From: Octopus vulgaris
Taxonomy: Eukaryota
Assembly (NCBI GenBank): GCA_951406725.2
Contig: OX597834.1
Span: 9,920,001-9,984,000 of the forward strand
Length of the DNA: 64,000 bases
Direction: 5' to 3'
Numbering within the stretch: position 1 is the first letter of the stretch; each line of letters opens with the position of its first letter. This document shows positions 1 to 12,353 of this stretch, one piece after another. Under the pieces are notes generated by a model. The model searched no databases, was not told the origin of the DNA, and saw only the letters and a program-made list of their open reading frames with translations. A program made the position numbers and the translations under genes.

Positions 1-258
1 TCGGAGATATTCGGCGTGACACAGAGTGTGACAAGGCTGGACCCTTGAAATACAGGTACAACAGTAACAGGAAGAAAGAGTGAGAGAAGGTTGTGGTGAA
101 AGAGTACAGGAGGGTTCACCAACACCCCCTGCAGGAGCCTTGTGAAGCTTTAGGTTTTTTCGCTCAATAAACACTCACAATGCCCGGTCTGGGAATCGAA
201 ACCGCGATCCTACGACCGCGAGTCCACTGCCCTAACCACTGGGCCATTGCGCCTCCAC
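1..258 (-). mobile_element. tRNA-derived SINE (tRNA-Arg-like head), cut by window edge
   Basis: Minus strand reads GGAGGCGCAATGGCCCAGTGGTTAGGGCAGTGGACTCGCGGTCGTAGGATCGCGGTTTCGATTCCC (A and B boxes), then a non-tRNA body shared with 51903-52204 and a tail shared with 33101-33623. Confidence 0.85.
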
Positions 259-808
259 AGTTTGAACATACACCAGGTTGAAACCTTAGGCCGCATATCG
301 CTAATTTGAATGCTAAAGAGTTAAACCGTTTCTTATCAATCATAATGACAACCAGTCTTTTAGAAGTTTACTACAATAAACCTTCGCAATAGTATTGACT
401 TACTCGCACGATGTTACACCGAATTGGAGCGCATGACATTTTCCAGCGTAAAAATATGTGCAAAAGAACTACAAGATGAACATAAAAATTTTTCAAGTTA
501 CCTATAACCTAAATGATTCGTGAAATTCAGAGACGACACCTGAAAGCGTTCGTACATATTCCCATATAATTATTTTCAATGCCACCAGGAGACACACTCA
601 GCGGGATGTCTCCTGAAGTCAATGAATAAGAAAAAGCTTAGGATTCTGAAAATAATTACATCCTAATGAACCTAGAGTTACGAGACACACTTTAGCATTA
701 ATAATTTACAGACACATATATTGAAGGACTTATAAAAATACACAAAAGCGTATAAGTACGCATTCACATATTGAGATTATCGAAACTATCTGTCTTTATA
801 TACGTATA

Positions 809-839
<31 letters not shown>

Positions 840-1999
840 GGGGTTGGGTATTTGTGTGTGTGTACCTGTCTCTGACTTTGTGTGCAGATATCATTATATT
901 TCTGTGCGTTTATGTATTTTTAGCTTATGTGCTTGTGTGAAAATGATTTATTTTCGAAATTACGAGTGAGTTGTCAGAAATTTTGAAACTTGCTAAAATA
1001 AATGTTTCAGAAAAAAAATATATATAACACCAAAACCCTCGTACGTCCGAGAAAACACACGCACACACACATACACATGTACGCACACGCTCTCATCCAT
1101 TCTCATATACACATATGCACACAGACATTCCTTGTGATGCTCAAAATTATAAGAGAAATAAGGAAAAAAAATATGAAATATAATACAATAACAGAATGCT
1201 CGAAAAAAATACTTTTTTGAATCAATGTTACGAATTGAAAACAGAAAATAGAATTTAATATAAGTATTATGAGATAAATTATTGTTGAGAAACTTTCTAC
1301 TTTTTTTTTAATTTTCTAACAATGAATATTAAGATAAAATAACGCCATAAATATTAAATTTATTATATCGGTAACTAAAGCTGAACATTTCTGTATACTA
1401 TCAAATATATATTTGGCAGTGTCGAATCAGAAACTGAACTGATGAAGAACTGAATGCCTGTCATCACATGTGATATATCACTTATAATAAAATTCTCTAA
1501 TGTGGTGGTCTGAGAATGATTGATGTCAACTCAATCTTTGCATTGCACGTTTCCTTCGGGTAGCATATATTTTTACTGATTTCGTTTCGTTTTTTTTTTT
1601 TTTTTTACTTGAAGAGAGTGCTCCGGCATAGGCTTAGCCAGATAGTTCAATCAGAGCAGATTTATATTAATGAATGAATTGTTAGCATGTCGATCAAAAT
1701 GCCTGGCATAATATTTTTTTCCGGCGTTTAATCTTCTGACTTCCAAAAACACTCCAGACGACTCAGTCAGTCATTCATTCCTTCGGGGGTCAATAAGCTG
1801 CAGTACTAGTCATGTACTTGGGTTGATGTAGACAACTTTCACTCTCCTTTCAAAAATTCTGACCTTCAACATTGCAATGGACCGCCCGCCCGTTCAGTGG
1901 GTTGTAGTGTTCTCATAAAACCCGGAAATGTCATAGGCATTTCGCCCGGGATTTTAACAGTTCTGCCAGCTCGCCGCCTGAACTAACAAATACACTAGA

Positions 2000-2227
2000 T
2001 TCAAATTCCGGAACAAGGCCAGCAATTTTTTTTTTCTCGATAGCAAGGGGCTAAGTCGATTACATCGACCTCATCTCAGAGTTCGACTGGTACATACACT
2101 ATTGACCCCGAAAGAATAGAAGGCAAAATTGTCATTAGCGGAATTTGAACTCAAATATAAAGACGCACGAAATGCCGCTAAGCATTTTACCAAGTATGCT
2201 AACGATTCTTCCACTTAACCGCCTTAA
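2000..2227 (-). mobile_element. SINE family B, diverged copy
   Basis: Reverse complement of family B motifs (gtcgattacatcgacc, ctggtac, ggaatttgaactc, gaaatgccgctaagcatt, gccttaa). Confidence 0.75.
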
Positions 2228-2799
2228 CTAGCGATATATTAATTACAACATGACTGACATTTATTCTCTCCCTTCTGAAACAATAAATACAGAATCAAGT
2301 TCAACAGACATTTAAATTGGAATATATCTCAGACAGAGCTAAATAAAAACAAAACGCAACTTTTATTCGGTATACCCGATTCTATCCTCACCCCTTCAAT
2401 AAACATGATAATGATTTCAAATAATATTGTTTATCAACACGGCTACAAGGCTACAGGAACATACATGATTTTGGAAAAGGGTTGCCGTTAATATTGATTC
2501 AAGTTCATATGTTCTATCGATACGGAAATGATAGAAGACGAAATAATCAATCCTGATGTTGTATCGATTTTGCATCTTCCATATTATGCTGTCAATTCTA
2601 CATCGAATTCTGAACCATGCCGAAGCAGCACACACACTGCCAAATCACCGACATATCATGGCCGATCATAAGATATTCACACCCACCCCTTTGAGAAGAA
2701 AATGCTCTAAATATTTCTTATCCAATGTTTTGGTGAAGGAATATTTCCTCTGGACTCAACTAAACCAGTTTCACTATCTCAACGGATATGCGCATACAT

Positions 2800-2875
2800 A
2801 GCTGTGTGGTAAGAATTTTGCTCGCCAACCACATGGGTTCAGGTTCACACCCACTGCATGGCTACATGAGCAGGT
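2800..2875 (+). mobile_element. SINE family A head fragment
   Basis: agctgtgtggtaagaa...caaccacatgggttcaggttcacacccactgcatgg matches the family A head at 4970. Confidence 0.65.
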
Positions 2876-2888
2876 CGGTCTTTCTATA

Positions 2889-3047
2889 TACCGTCATTTA
2901 ACGCCTACAAATCGTTACATAGTGATGTATCCCTCTAGAATTTCAGAGAACGTTTGAAAGAACATTTCTGGTTTGCTTCATTGCAACATTTCTAGCTTCT
3001 TTTAGGAATCTTCTTTCAAAATTGGTCGCTCCATAGGCCTTACAGTA
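2889..3047. mobile_element. Possible decayed MITE with TA-CCGT-type termini
   Basis: taccgtcatttaacgcctacaaatcg at the left and gtcgctccataggccttacagta at the right form imperfect inverted ends flanked by TA. Confidence 0.3.
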
Positions 3048-3204
3048 TCGTATACTTGCTACGTGACCCACGCTGATGCTGTTATTTCTACTGGAAGATG
3101 TGGTACTATCACTGCTTCAGTAGAAACAGTGGGAATATTGATAGCTTTGTTGCTACACTACGGGGTCAACTGATCATTGTGTTGACAACACTGATGCCGT
3201 TGTT

Positions 3205-3870
3205 AAGGCAGCGAGCTGGCAGAACCGTTAGCACGCTGGGCGAAAAACATAGCCGTATTTCGCCTGCCGTTACGTTCTCAGTTCAAATTCCGCCGAGGTC
3301 GACTTTGCCTTTCATCTTTTCGGCGTCGAAAAATTAAGTACCAGTTACGCACTGGGGTCGATATAATCGACTTAATCCCTTTGTCTGTCCTTCTTTGTCC
3401 CCTCTTTGTTTAGCCCCTTGTGGGTAGTAAAGAAATAGGTATTTCGCCTGTCGCTACGTTCTGAGTTTAAATTCCGCCGAGGTCGACTTTGCCTTTCATC
3501 CTTTCGAGATCGAAAAATTAAGTACCAGTTACGCACTGGGGTCGATGTAATCAACTTAATCCCTTTGTCTGTCATTGTTTGTCCCCTGTATCTTTAGCCC
3601 CTTGTGGGCAATAAAGAAATAAGTATCGTTAGCACGCCGGGCAAAATGCTTAGCGACATTTCATCTGTCGTTATGTTCTGAGTTCAAATAGCGCCGAAAA
3701 GGACTTTGCATTACATCTTTTCACGGTCAATGAAATAACTACCAGTTAAGGAACTGGGGTTGATGGAATCGACTTCAGTTGGATTTGTGCTGCTTATTAA
3801 TGCGGTGAGCTGGCAGAATCCTTTTGCACACTGATCAAAATGTTTACGGCATTTGGTCCATCTTTACGTT
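3205..3870 (+). mobile_element. SINE family B array: head plus two 184-bp tandem units, then older copies
   Basis: tRNA-like head aaggcagcgagctggcagaaccgttagcacg...gttcaaattccgcc. Units start at 3256 and 3440. The central gtcgactttgcctttcatcctttc..ggtcgataaattaagtaccag block resembles the Meta-SINE domain (from recall). Confidence 0.9.
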
Positions 3871-4073
3871 CACTATTCTTGTCATCTCTTTCCTTAATAT
3901 AAATTTGAGGTTTTCGTTTTTATTCTTGTTATTTATCTTGCCTTTTCTTCTCTTACACTGCTGCTTCTTGTTGCTGTTTCTCCCGTCTTTTGCCATGTTG
4001 TTTTCTGGTTATTCTTATCATCGCTGTTACCAGCTGCGAGATTGTTGCTGTTGTTGCAGTTATTACTACTGCT

Positions 4074-4163
4074 TTAGGAGTCATTAGCTTTTGTTGACAC
4101 ATGTTGTTGTTGTTTCCGCCGCTGTTCGATACGCTCCATGACTTCCGGGAGTTGGGGATAGCT
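4074..4163 (-). CDS. Weak candidate terminal coding exon (SYPQLPEVMERIEQRRKQQQHVSTKANDS*)
   Basis: Long pyrimidine-rich tract ending ...ccattttcaccAG, then 29 open codons and TAA in unique sequence. No homology recognised. Confidence 0.2.
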   Translation of the reverse strand, partial: SYPQLPEVMERIEQRRKQQQHVSTKANDS

Positions 4164-4351
4164 CTGGTGAAAATGGTATTTCGAGATTTAGATAACAAGA
4201 AGGATAAGGGTTCATTAGGGAAAGGGACGAAAGGAACTCTCTAAATGGCAAAATCTTTCCTTCTTCCTGCTGCTTCAACCATGTCCCACTCTGCTCGACT
4301 TCTTATCCGTAACAACGCCATGTTTCATGATACACAAACAAACTGACATTC

Positions 4352-4437
4352 GTGTGTGTGTGTGTGTGTGTGTGTGTAGACAGACAAACAGATATTCGTG
4401 TGCGTGTGTGTGTGTGAGAGAGAGAGAGAGCGAGTGA

Positions 4438-4472
<35 letters not shown>

Positions 4473-4585
4473 CGAGTGAGTGTGTGTGAGAGAGAGAGCG
4501 AGTGAGTGTGTGTGTGTGTGTGAGAGAGAGAGAGCGAGTGAGTGAGTGTGTGTGTGTGTGTGTGTGTGTAGACAGACATACAGAT
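4352..4585. repeat. Compound (GT)n(GA)n microsatellite with higher-order gcgagtgagt units
   Basis: Directly visible; about 4 higher-order units, with gtagacagaca.acagata repeated at both ends. Confidence 0.95.
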
Positions 4586-4969
4586 AGGTTTAATGAGACT
4601 AACAACTTCGGAGTTGTGGCTGGTTTCCCAAACATTAATAACAATACTTTACAAGTGAAAACGTAAGCGAAATTTATTAGGAAAGTTCCTTTACATTTCA
4701 TAGCAGAACAAAAACACATGGTAGGTACACAGAACAACCAGTAGGAATACAAATAATAACAATGATAATAACATCGACAACAAGAACAGTGATGATTATA
4801 ACAATTTCTTTAAACTTCTTTAAAAACAATGTCCGTAATTCGATTCATCTTCCTCTGATGTCTTCATGTTGTGTTAATCTTATTCAGCAGAGACGCTAAG
4901 CGAGAAATTGGCCATAAATCAGCTGCAACATATATCAGTGTTGTTTAATTAATACTTGGTGTTTATACA

Positions 4970-5386
4970 GGCGCAGGAGTGGCTGTGTGGTAAGTAGCTT
5001 GCTTACCAACCACATGGTTCCGGGTTCAGTCCCACTGCGTGGCACCTTGGGCAAGTGCCTTCTGTTATAGCCCCGGGCCGACTAATGCCTTGTGAGTGGA
5101 TTTGGTAGATGGGAACTGAAAGAAGCCTGTCGTATATATGTATATGTATATATATGTGTGTGTGTGTGTTTGTGTGTCTGTGTTTTTTCCCCCCAGCATT
5201 GCTTGACAACCGATGCTGGTGTGTTTACGTCACCGTCACTTAGCAGTTCGGCAAAAGAGACCGAAGGAATAAGTACTGGGCTTACAAAGAATAAGTCCTG
5301 GGGTCGAGTTGCTCGACTAAAGGCGGCGCTCCAGCATGGCCGCAGTCAAATGCCTGAAACAAGTAAAAGCGTAAAAGAGTAAGAGT
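4970..5386 (+). mobile_element. SINE family A, full length
   Basis: tRNA-like head GGCGCAGGAGTGGCTGTGTGGTAAG...GGGTTCAGTCCC, internal (TA)n(TG)n, tail cagcatggccgcagtcaaatg..gaaacaagtaaaagag. Near-identical copies at 8698, 22557, 41237 and 55295. Confidence 0.92.
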
Positions 5387-5435
5387 TATAGAATATATGT
5401 GTCTTCCAGAAGAGTTTCTTCAAACAGTCTCATTC

Positions 5436-5810
5436 AGCTGTGGCTCTGTGGTAAAACGTTTGATTTTCAACATCATGGTTCTGAGTTCAGCCACACTGCA
5501 TGACATCTTAAGCAAGGGTTTCCTTCTCTAGCCTCCAGCCGACCACCTCCTTATGAGTGAATTTGGTTGACGGAAACTGAAAGAAGTCTCTCATGTGTGT
5601 GTGTGTGTGTATTTTGTTCAACACCACCGCTTGACAACCGATGTTGGCGAATTTACATCCCGCGTAACTTAACAGCTCGACAAAGTAGAGCGATATAATC
5701 AGTACCAGGCTTAAAAATATAATTACTGGTGTTTATACATTCAACTTACTTTCTTCAAGCTATTGCCCCAGCATGGCCGCTGTGAAATGACTGAACGGCG
5801 TAAAATATAG
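5436..5810 (+). mobile_element. SINE family A, older diverged copy
   Basis: Colinear with 4970-5386 (gtggctctgtggtaa, gacggaaactgaaagaag, gcttgacaaccgatgttgg, cagcatggccgc). Confidence 0.8.
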
Positions 5811-8697
5811 AACAAGTTTCTTAAGAATATAATCTGCATTTGAGGAATACAACTAATATTTGCGCCCTAATGACTTGTTTGTGGGAAGCGGGTACCACTT
5901 CACACTGCAGTAGTTATTTTATCTCAGTTCAACATTTAAATCGTGGGTACTTGTGATGATGAGCATTCCAACCGTGACCATTCTCGTTTCCTTATAAGCA
6001 GAAGGTATCTGGTTGTGCATTAACCATGCGAAAATGAACTGAGGTAAACTTGGCTTTCACTTCTAGCAACCGAAGAAAAGCCTTCTCTGTAAATATTGTC
6101 TTATATAATGGCGTGGTTACCTTGTCACCAAAAAGAATTGTAACTAAACACAATACTAAGGAATACCACGAAACAATAAATATATATATTAACAGGTAAT
6201 ATTCCGAAATTACAAAACATTATATTCATTAGTAATCATGTTTCATAGAAGTCATAAAAGACCGGAAATAGTATTTACACTAATAATCCAAATAACCTAC
6301 AAATAACCGTATTCTTTTCAGCAAAACTCTACTGATTCTATTCGCGTTGTTGCATCGGCAAAAATAAGGTTTTCCAATTATGTGTTTTTGAACATACTCC
6401 TATGTTGCCACAGTTCAACTTCCCTTAAGAATCCACGTGTTTTGCGTAGGTTTCATCAACAAACTACAAAATTCTTTATTAAGAGGTGATAATGTTGACT
6501 TTACCTCTAACATTTTTCATCCCTATTTTTCTCCGTTATACTTTTAGCCTCTTGAAGATCAAACCGTCATTCCATAACAAGAGACCGCGAAAAGGCAAAT
6601 TATATTTATTTCCTTATAAAAATAAGTCTTGCTGTTTAGTAAATATTATTCCAGGAATATCTTTGACACAAATGTATTTACATAAGTAGAGTTTTTTTTA
6701 TAAGAATCTCCTAAGAATGTCTAAAACATTAGAGAAGGTTAATCTATATTTTCTTGAAATAAAAGATCCTTTGTTGTCTAATATAAAAGTAAATATCCGG
6801 GCTGCTATTCTGCCATAGTTGGACAGTATTATGTTCCGATTTTTTTGTTTCGTATCCCAATATCATTTATATCGTATGCCCATGGTCACGAAGAACACAT
6901 GAGTATGTTTTACAGTGTTTAACATTGATTTTCTATGCTTTTAGTTCAAATCCTGTCGATATCAACATGGGAAATGTATATACTATTGATTTCGTATCAG
7001 CTGTACTTGGCGAGCTTATAGAAAGGAATGTGTGTTTCTCTGAATTCACTTAGAGCGTAATGTTTGTATGTACATATTAAAAGAACATACATAAAACATG
7101 CTAAAGTCTGTAAGTGATTGCGTGCACATACTTGTACACACACAGAAATGCTGACGCACGGGCACACACTCTCCTGAACTCAAACTTTTATAGGGTATTG
7201 ATGCATGCCAGTTTGTGTACATGTAGTTCCTCGGCTAATTTAATAATGTTTATTTTGATAGCCAAGGAAGTTAATCTTTGCCTAGATGTACTTACGTTTT
7301 CTATAAGTTCTGTATGAAATAAGAAGACTTGTGCCCTATGTACACCCTAATAAATGGCTCATTTCCAGATAAAATATAATTAATTGCTTGTATCGTTTAG
7401 GAGATTTTTATCATTTTACTCATGCATACATACATGCATTCATATGTACACATATTCATATACAGACGTATTGTTACATGCATACATTTGTACAAACATA
7501 AATAAATATACACACATTTACATATACAAATCTTGCCTAATTTAATTGTGGCTGGAAGCTAGATTTAATTCCCTCTGTGTGAAAGAGTAGGGGCTTTAGA
7601 AGATTTGGAAATGGTTAAAATTTACTATTGGTTTAAAGTCACCTCTTAAACAGAACTGGCATCCAAGCAAGAATTCGCACATTCGCCGGAATACATTTGG
7701 CATTAGTGTTGCTGGCTTGAAATATGCTTATTCATCTATAAAATCAAATAATCAATAGTCAAAATCTCTAATATTGATTTCTATGTTTATTTTCTTCTGA
7801 AATTTTTTGGCTAAAAATAACAATATTTGTTTTTAAGTAGAGCGGATTAAATAGATTTTTCCCCTCGCCTGTGTATTGAGTTTACTAAAAAATATTCTGG
7901 GTTAACGAATAAAAAATCGAAAACAATCATTAAGCCCATTTAGATTTAATTTATAGAACAATTCTGTTTATAAAGCTAATCATGTCGCAGTAAATTAAAT
8001 TCATTAGCATTAGTTTATATAAGTCTATTCCTGCGATTCTGGTGAATTGGTTTCAATACGCAGTTGCTATGGTTCTATTCGCAGATTAATTAATACATTC
8101 AGGAGGAAATATTTTCCATTAATTATTTGGTTCCGTGCCTAATTTCGAAATTGTATTTTGTATCTCTACAAACAGTACTGCATTGATATCAGTAAATAGC
8201 TTAGAGAAATTTTGAAGACTGCCTTTTTGTTGCGGCTTTATTGTTATTTAACCCCAGGTCAAACCTAACGAAGCAAGCCTATAATCAAAACCATTTATTT
8301 TTAGATAAATCCGTTATTTTTCTTTTCAGGATTACCGTGCCTCGAACACATTATACATTCTTTGTTTCTGTATTTAAGACAGCAGGCAATTATTTGGCTA
8401 CTTCGGTTATGTCCAGAATCTAATTAAATAGTCCTGTAGGCCAGAAATTTTATTTGTTTTATCTTGCGCTGAGAATGTTAGAGCCATATTATATACGTTA
8501 AACACTAACTGATGGATCGTGTTTTAAGATACAAAAGAAAACTATATACAAAAGGAAAGAAAAACGCCAGGCATATGTATGACAGGGTAGTTAAAAGTTT
8601 GCTCACGACTACAAGATTTTGATAATAGTTGTGCTATATGGAAATTGGTGTTTTAATTTGCTTGTGAAATGCGTTTAGATATGTCTCAAACAGAATA

Positions 8698-9110
8698 CGC
8701 AGGAGTGGCTGTGTGGTAAGTAGCTTGCTAACCAACCACATGGTTCCGGGTTCAGTCCCACTGCGTGGCATCTTGGGCAAGTGTCTTGTACTATAGCCTC
8801 GGGCCGACCAAAGCCCTGTGAGTGGATTTGGTAGACGGAAACTGAAAGAAGCCCGTCGTATATATGTATATATATATATGTGTGTGTGTGTGTGTGCGTG
8901 TATGTTTGTGTGTCAGTGTTTGTCCCCCTAGCATTGCTTGACAACCGATGCTGGTGTGTTTATGTCCCCGTTACTTAGCGATTCGGCAAAAGAGACCAAT
9001 AGAATACGTACTGGGCTTACAAAGAATAAGTCCCGGGTTCGAGTTGCTCGACTAAAGGCGGTGCTCCAGCACGGCCGCAGTCAAATGACTAAAACAAATA
9101 AAAGAGTAAA
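8698..9110 (+). mobile_element. SINE family A, full length
   Basis: Near-identical to 4970-5386. Confidence 0.92.
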
Positions 9111-10062
9111 ATTATATATTTTTGTAATTTTTGTTTCTCAATTGAAAAACAATTAACTGAAGGTAACAAGAATCGCACGGCCAAGAGAGGGTTCACATAT
9201 CTCAGACAGAATTTATTTCTTTCCCTGACAAGAGAAGAAAATAAAATGATTAAATATATATATATTTCTTTTATAAGGTGTTGAAACGACGTATTTGTCA
9301 TTCATATTGAGCAAGCTTCATTAATTTTTCATACGTTTTTCAAAGACATTCATTTAGAGAATTTAAGCGGGTCAAGAAGTAAAAATGTTTGACAGAGGCA
9401 TCAAAATTTAAAGCATAAAAGCCATGAAGTAATAAACAAACTTAAGTGCAGAATAATGAATGAATAAACTAATAAATGAATTGAATAAATCAGTAAGATG
9501 CACAAAAATTCTCTGGGTGTGGTTAAAGAGATTAGGAAATTTTTAAACTAGCTTATTGAAACACCTCGTATTTCATTTTTTTTTTCTTACGATTATCTTG
9601 TCATAGATCGTATTATGACGAGAAAGAAGAGAAAGCATGTAAAAAGAAGAAACCAAAAACATATGCGATGAAATGTTTGCTTCTAAGTCGCAAGATATCT
9701 GACAACTTGTCGATTTTGTTTGCGATAAACGAATGAAATACTAACTAGTAGTTTGAGAGTTCATATTTGATGTCAGTGCTTTATGGCTTCTCTCTGGTTG
9801 ATATGTAATTCCACACCCTCGAACACACATAAAGAGATGTCTATATATGGAAATATAAATAAACTTAAGAGAGGGTCATTTCTTTGTAAGCATGCCTTAA
9901 GATTTCCTTTGAAATTGTTATATGTTATTTCTAGAAACTACAGATCTGCTTTGAAACAGTTCACCTCTTCATAGCAAATAATTTTTTTCTCTCTAAACAC
10001 AGTAACCTTTATTTATAAATATCTTCTTTTCCACAAATTAAAGCAATTCTTTCATTGTTATA

Positions 10063-10448
10063 CTAGCAGTATCGCCCGGCGTTGCTCAGGTTTGTAAGGG
10101 AAATAACTATAAAGCATTTTTAGAGAGTTATAGCCAAAAAATAGCAAAAAAATGGAAAAGAATTATGGTAAATTTTTTTTTGAGAGTTAAAAAAGGATGG
10201 AGTTGCGTCCCCTAGACAGTTTGTGGTTCGTGTTTCTGATTCTCGACCCCATGTCGAATTTATCGATTTTTTTCAGAACTGGGGAAACTTTTCAAAATTT
10301 TGGCTGCGTTAGTTTTGAATTATGACATTGGGCTATGTGTGTGTCAAGTTTCATCAGAATCGGTTGAAAGCCGTGGTCAGGGTGAGGGTACGAGAAAACA
10401 GACACACAGAAACACGCACAGACAAATTGCCGTTTATATATAGAGAGA
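10063..10448 (-). mobile_element. Non-autonomous Helitron-type element
   Basis: Minus strand starts A|TCTCTCTATATATAAACGG and ends in the hairpin CCTGAGCAACGCCGGG followed by CTAG|T. Inverted copy at 11974-12353. Confidence 0.85.
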
Positions 10449-10799
10449 TGACAGACACACATACACACTACGTATAAGAAGTTGGTTAGCTCGGTGTAGT
10501 CTTTAATTTGCCAAATTTAAAAAGATCCTTATTTCTCGACCCCGACTTTGTCAAATTCCGAAGGTTTCAACGATGAACCTTACACCGTTGCTCTCGAATT
10601 GAATATTTGACAATTAATAGGACGAGCAAAAAAGTGTTAGAAGTTATTATATTCATCCTGAGAGGATGAATGAAAAGCAGAGTTGAACACGAAGGGATTT
10701 GAGCTTAGTTTGTACCGCAACCACAGTATTTCTGGTTCATTCTCATTCGGTGGAAAATTGAGTTAGAGATTTCTATTATACTCACAGGCTATCGAATGC

Positions 10800-10996
10800 T
10801 TGTGTATATGCATCTATTGTGTATTATGTATATATTTATACGTATATATATTTATATATATGTATATATTTATGTATATATATTTTTTATGTATATATAT
10901 ATATATATTTATTATATATGAATATATTTATCTATATATATATATATATATTTATATATGTATATATTTATATGTATCTATATATTTATATATGTG
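10800..10996. repeat. Degenerate (TA)n-rich microsatellite
   Basis: Directly visible. Confidence 0.9.
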
Positions 10997-11065
10997 AATA
11001 TTATGCAAATATTCTTTTAAAAACTTTTCACTTAATTTTTCCAAAATTTTATTGTTTTCCGTACT

Positions 11066-11106
11066 TAGAGTTGAAAAAGTCTCTATGACTGGAACCGGTA
11101 CTAAAA
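11066..11106 (+). ncRNA. Decayed minimal type I hammerhead ribozyme motif
   Basis: tagag-TTGAAAA-agtc(tctat)gact-GGAA-ccgg-TA-ctaa: hammerhead layout with intact stem II and a palindromic stem III, but three core substitutions. Confidence 0.45.
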
Positions 11107-11148
11107 TGAATTTTATGATAAAGTTATTTTACAATTTTATACCTTATA

Positions 11149-11181
<33 letters not shown>

Positions 11182-11973
11182 TTGTGTGTGTGTGTGTGTG
11201 AAAAATGGACGTTAAAAATCCATTGAGAATATTTAAAATATGTTTTTATTAATATTTCTAAAGCTTTAACGTTTTCACAGTTTACACTGATTTTCAAAAA
11301 AGTTCAGGTAGAATGGCGTGGCTTATGTCGCAACTGCCTTGCTTCTGTTTCGTGTTTGAAGCTTGTCCCATTTTTATAAGGAATTCATGGCTCAAATTAG
11401 TATGTTTTGAACAGGATTCGTTTCGTTGGGTATAGTCACATGACTGGTGTGAGAAATAATTGTAGATTCCCGTCTAACAATTGAGTGCTTAGCGTCGTAA
11501 GTTGACTGAGCATGTCCATACAATCAATGCTATGTCAGTGCGTTAGTATCCCGTGAGAGTTGAATGAACATGGTTAGTTACAATGTCTGGTGGGAGATTG
11601 TAAAGGTGCTGTTTGTATGTTGTCCAGGGGTTAAAGTTCCTCATGATAAGTTCCAGAATAAGATTTGTGTTTGTATAGTTATTTGTGTATGTACTCTCTT
11701 ATAGTTTGTGTTACCTTGGTTTGTACATTTGTGTGAAAGTATTTTCTTTGCATATATATATAATGATATATGTGTATATACATATACCTATATATATATA
11801 TATATAATATGATATATGTGTATATACATATACCTATATATATATGTATATATATATATATATAAATTTTTAACGAATATGGTCCTTTTACATACCGAAA
11901 TACTACTAGGTGAAATTTGTTGATTATATTAAATTAATTATATTTCACCCTATATCTGTAATGACTATGTATA

Positions 11974-12353
11974 TCTCTCTCTATATAAACGGCAGTTTGT
12001 CTGTGTGTGTTTCTGTGTGTCTGTCAGGTTGTACCCTCACCCTGACCACGGCTTTCAACCGATTCTGATGAAACTTGACACACACATAGCCCAATGTCAT
12101 AATTCAAAACTAACGCAGCGAAAATTTTGAAAAGTTCCCCCAGTTCTGAAAAAAATCGATAAATTCGACATGGGGTCGAGAATCAGAAACACAAACCACA
12201 GACTGTCTAGGGGACGCAACTCGACCTTTTTAACTAAAAAAATTTACCATCATTTTTTTCCATTTTTTTTGCTATTTTTTGGCTATAACTCTCTAAAAAT
12301 GCTTTATAGTTATTTCCCTTACAAACCTGAGCAACGCCGGGCGATACTGCTAG
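11974..12353 (+). mobile_element. Non-autonomous Helitron-type element
   Basis: A|TC 5' end, subterminal GC hairpin cctgagcaacgccggg, CTAG|T 3' end, no TSD; these are canonical Helitron termini. Confidence 0.85.

Noticed and set aside
180-258. tRNA gene (also the heads at 4970, 45656 and 51903)
   Set aside because: The tRNA-like segments run straight into repeated SINE bodies and have degraded stems.
6480-6900. Possible decayed reverse-transcriptase remnant on the minus strand
   Set aside because: Only a vague GTxxxPTMA resemblance amid many stops; not supportable.
8675-9156. Recurrent similar ORFs (..DTCPRCHAVGLNPEPCGW, ..KNKSRVRVARLKAVLQHGRSQM..) resembling a gene family
   Set aside because: They are chance frames of SINE family A copies.
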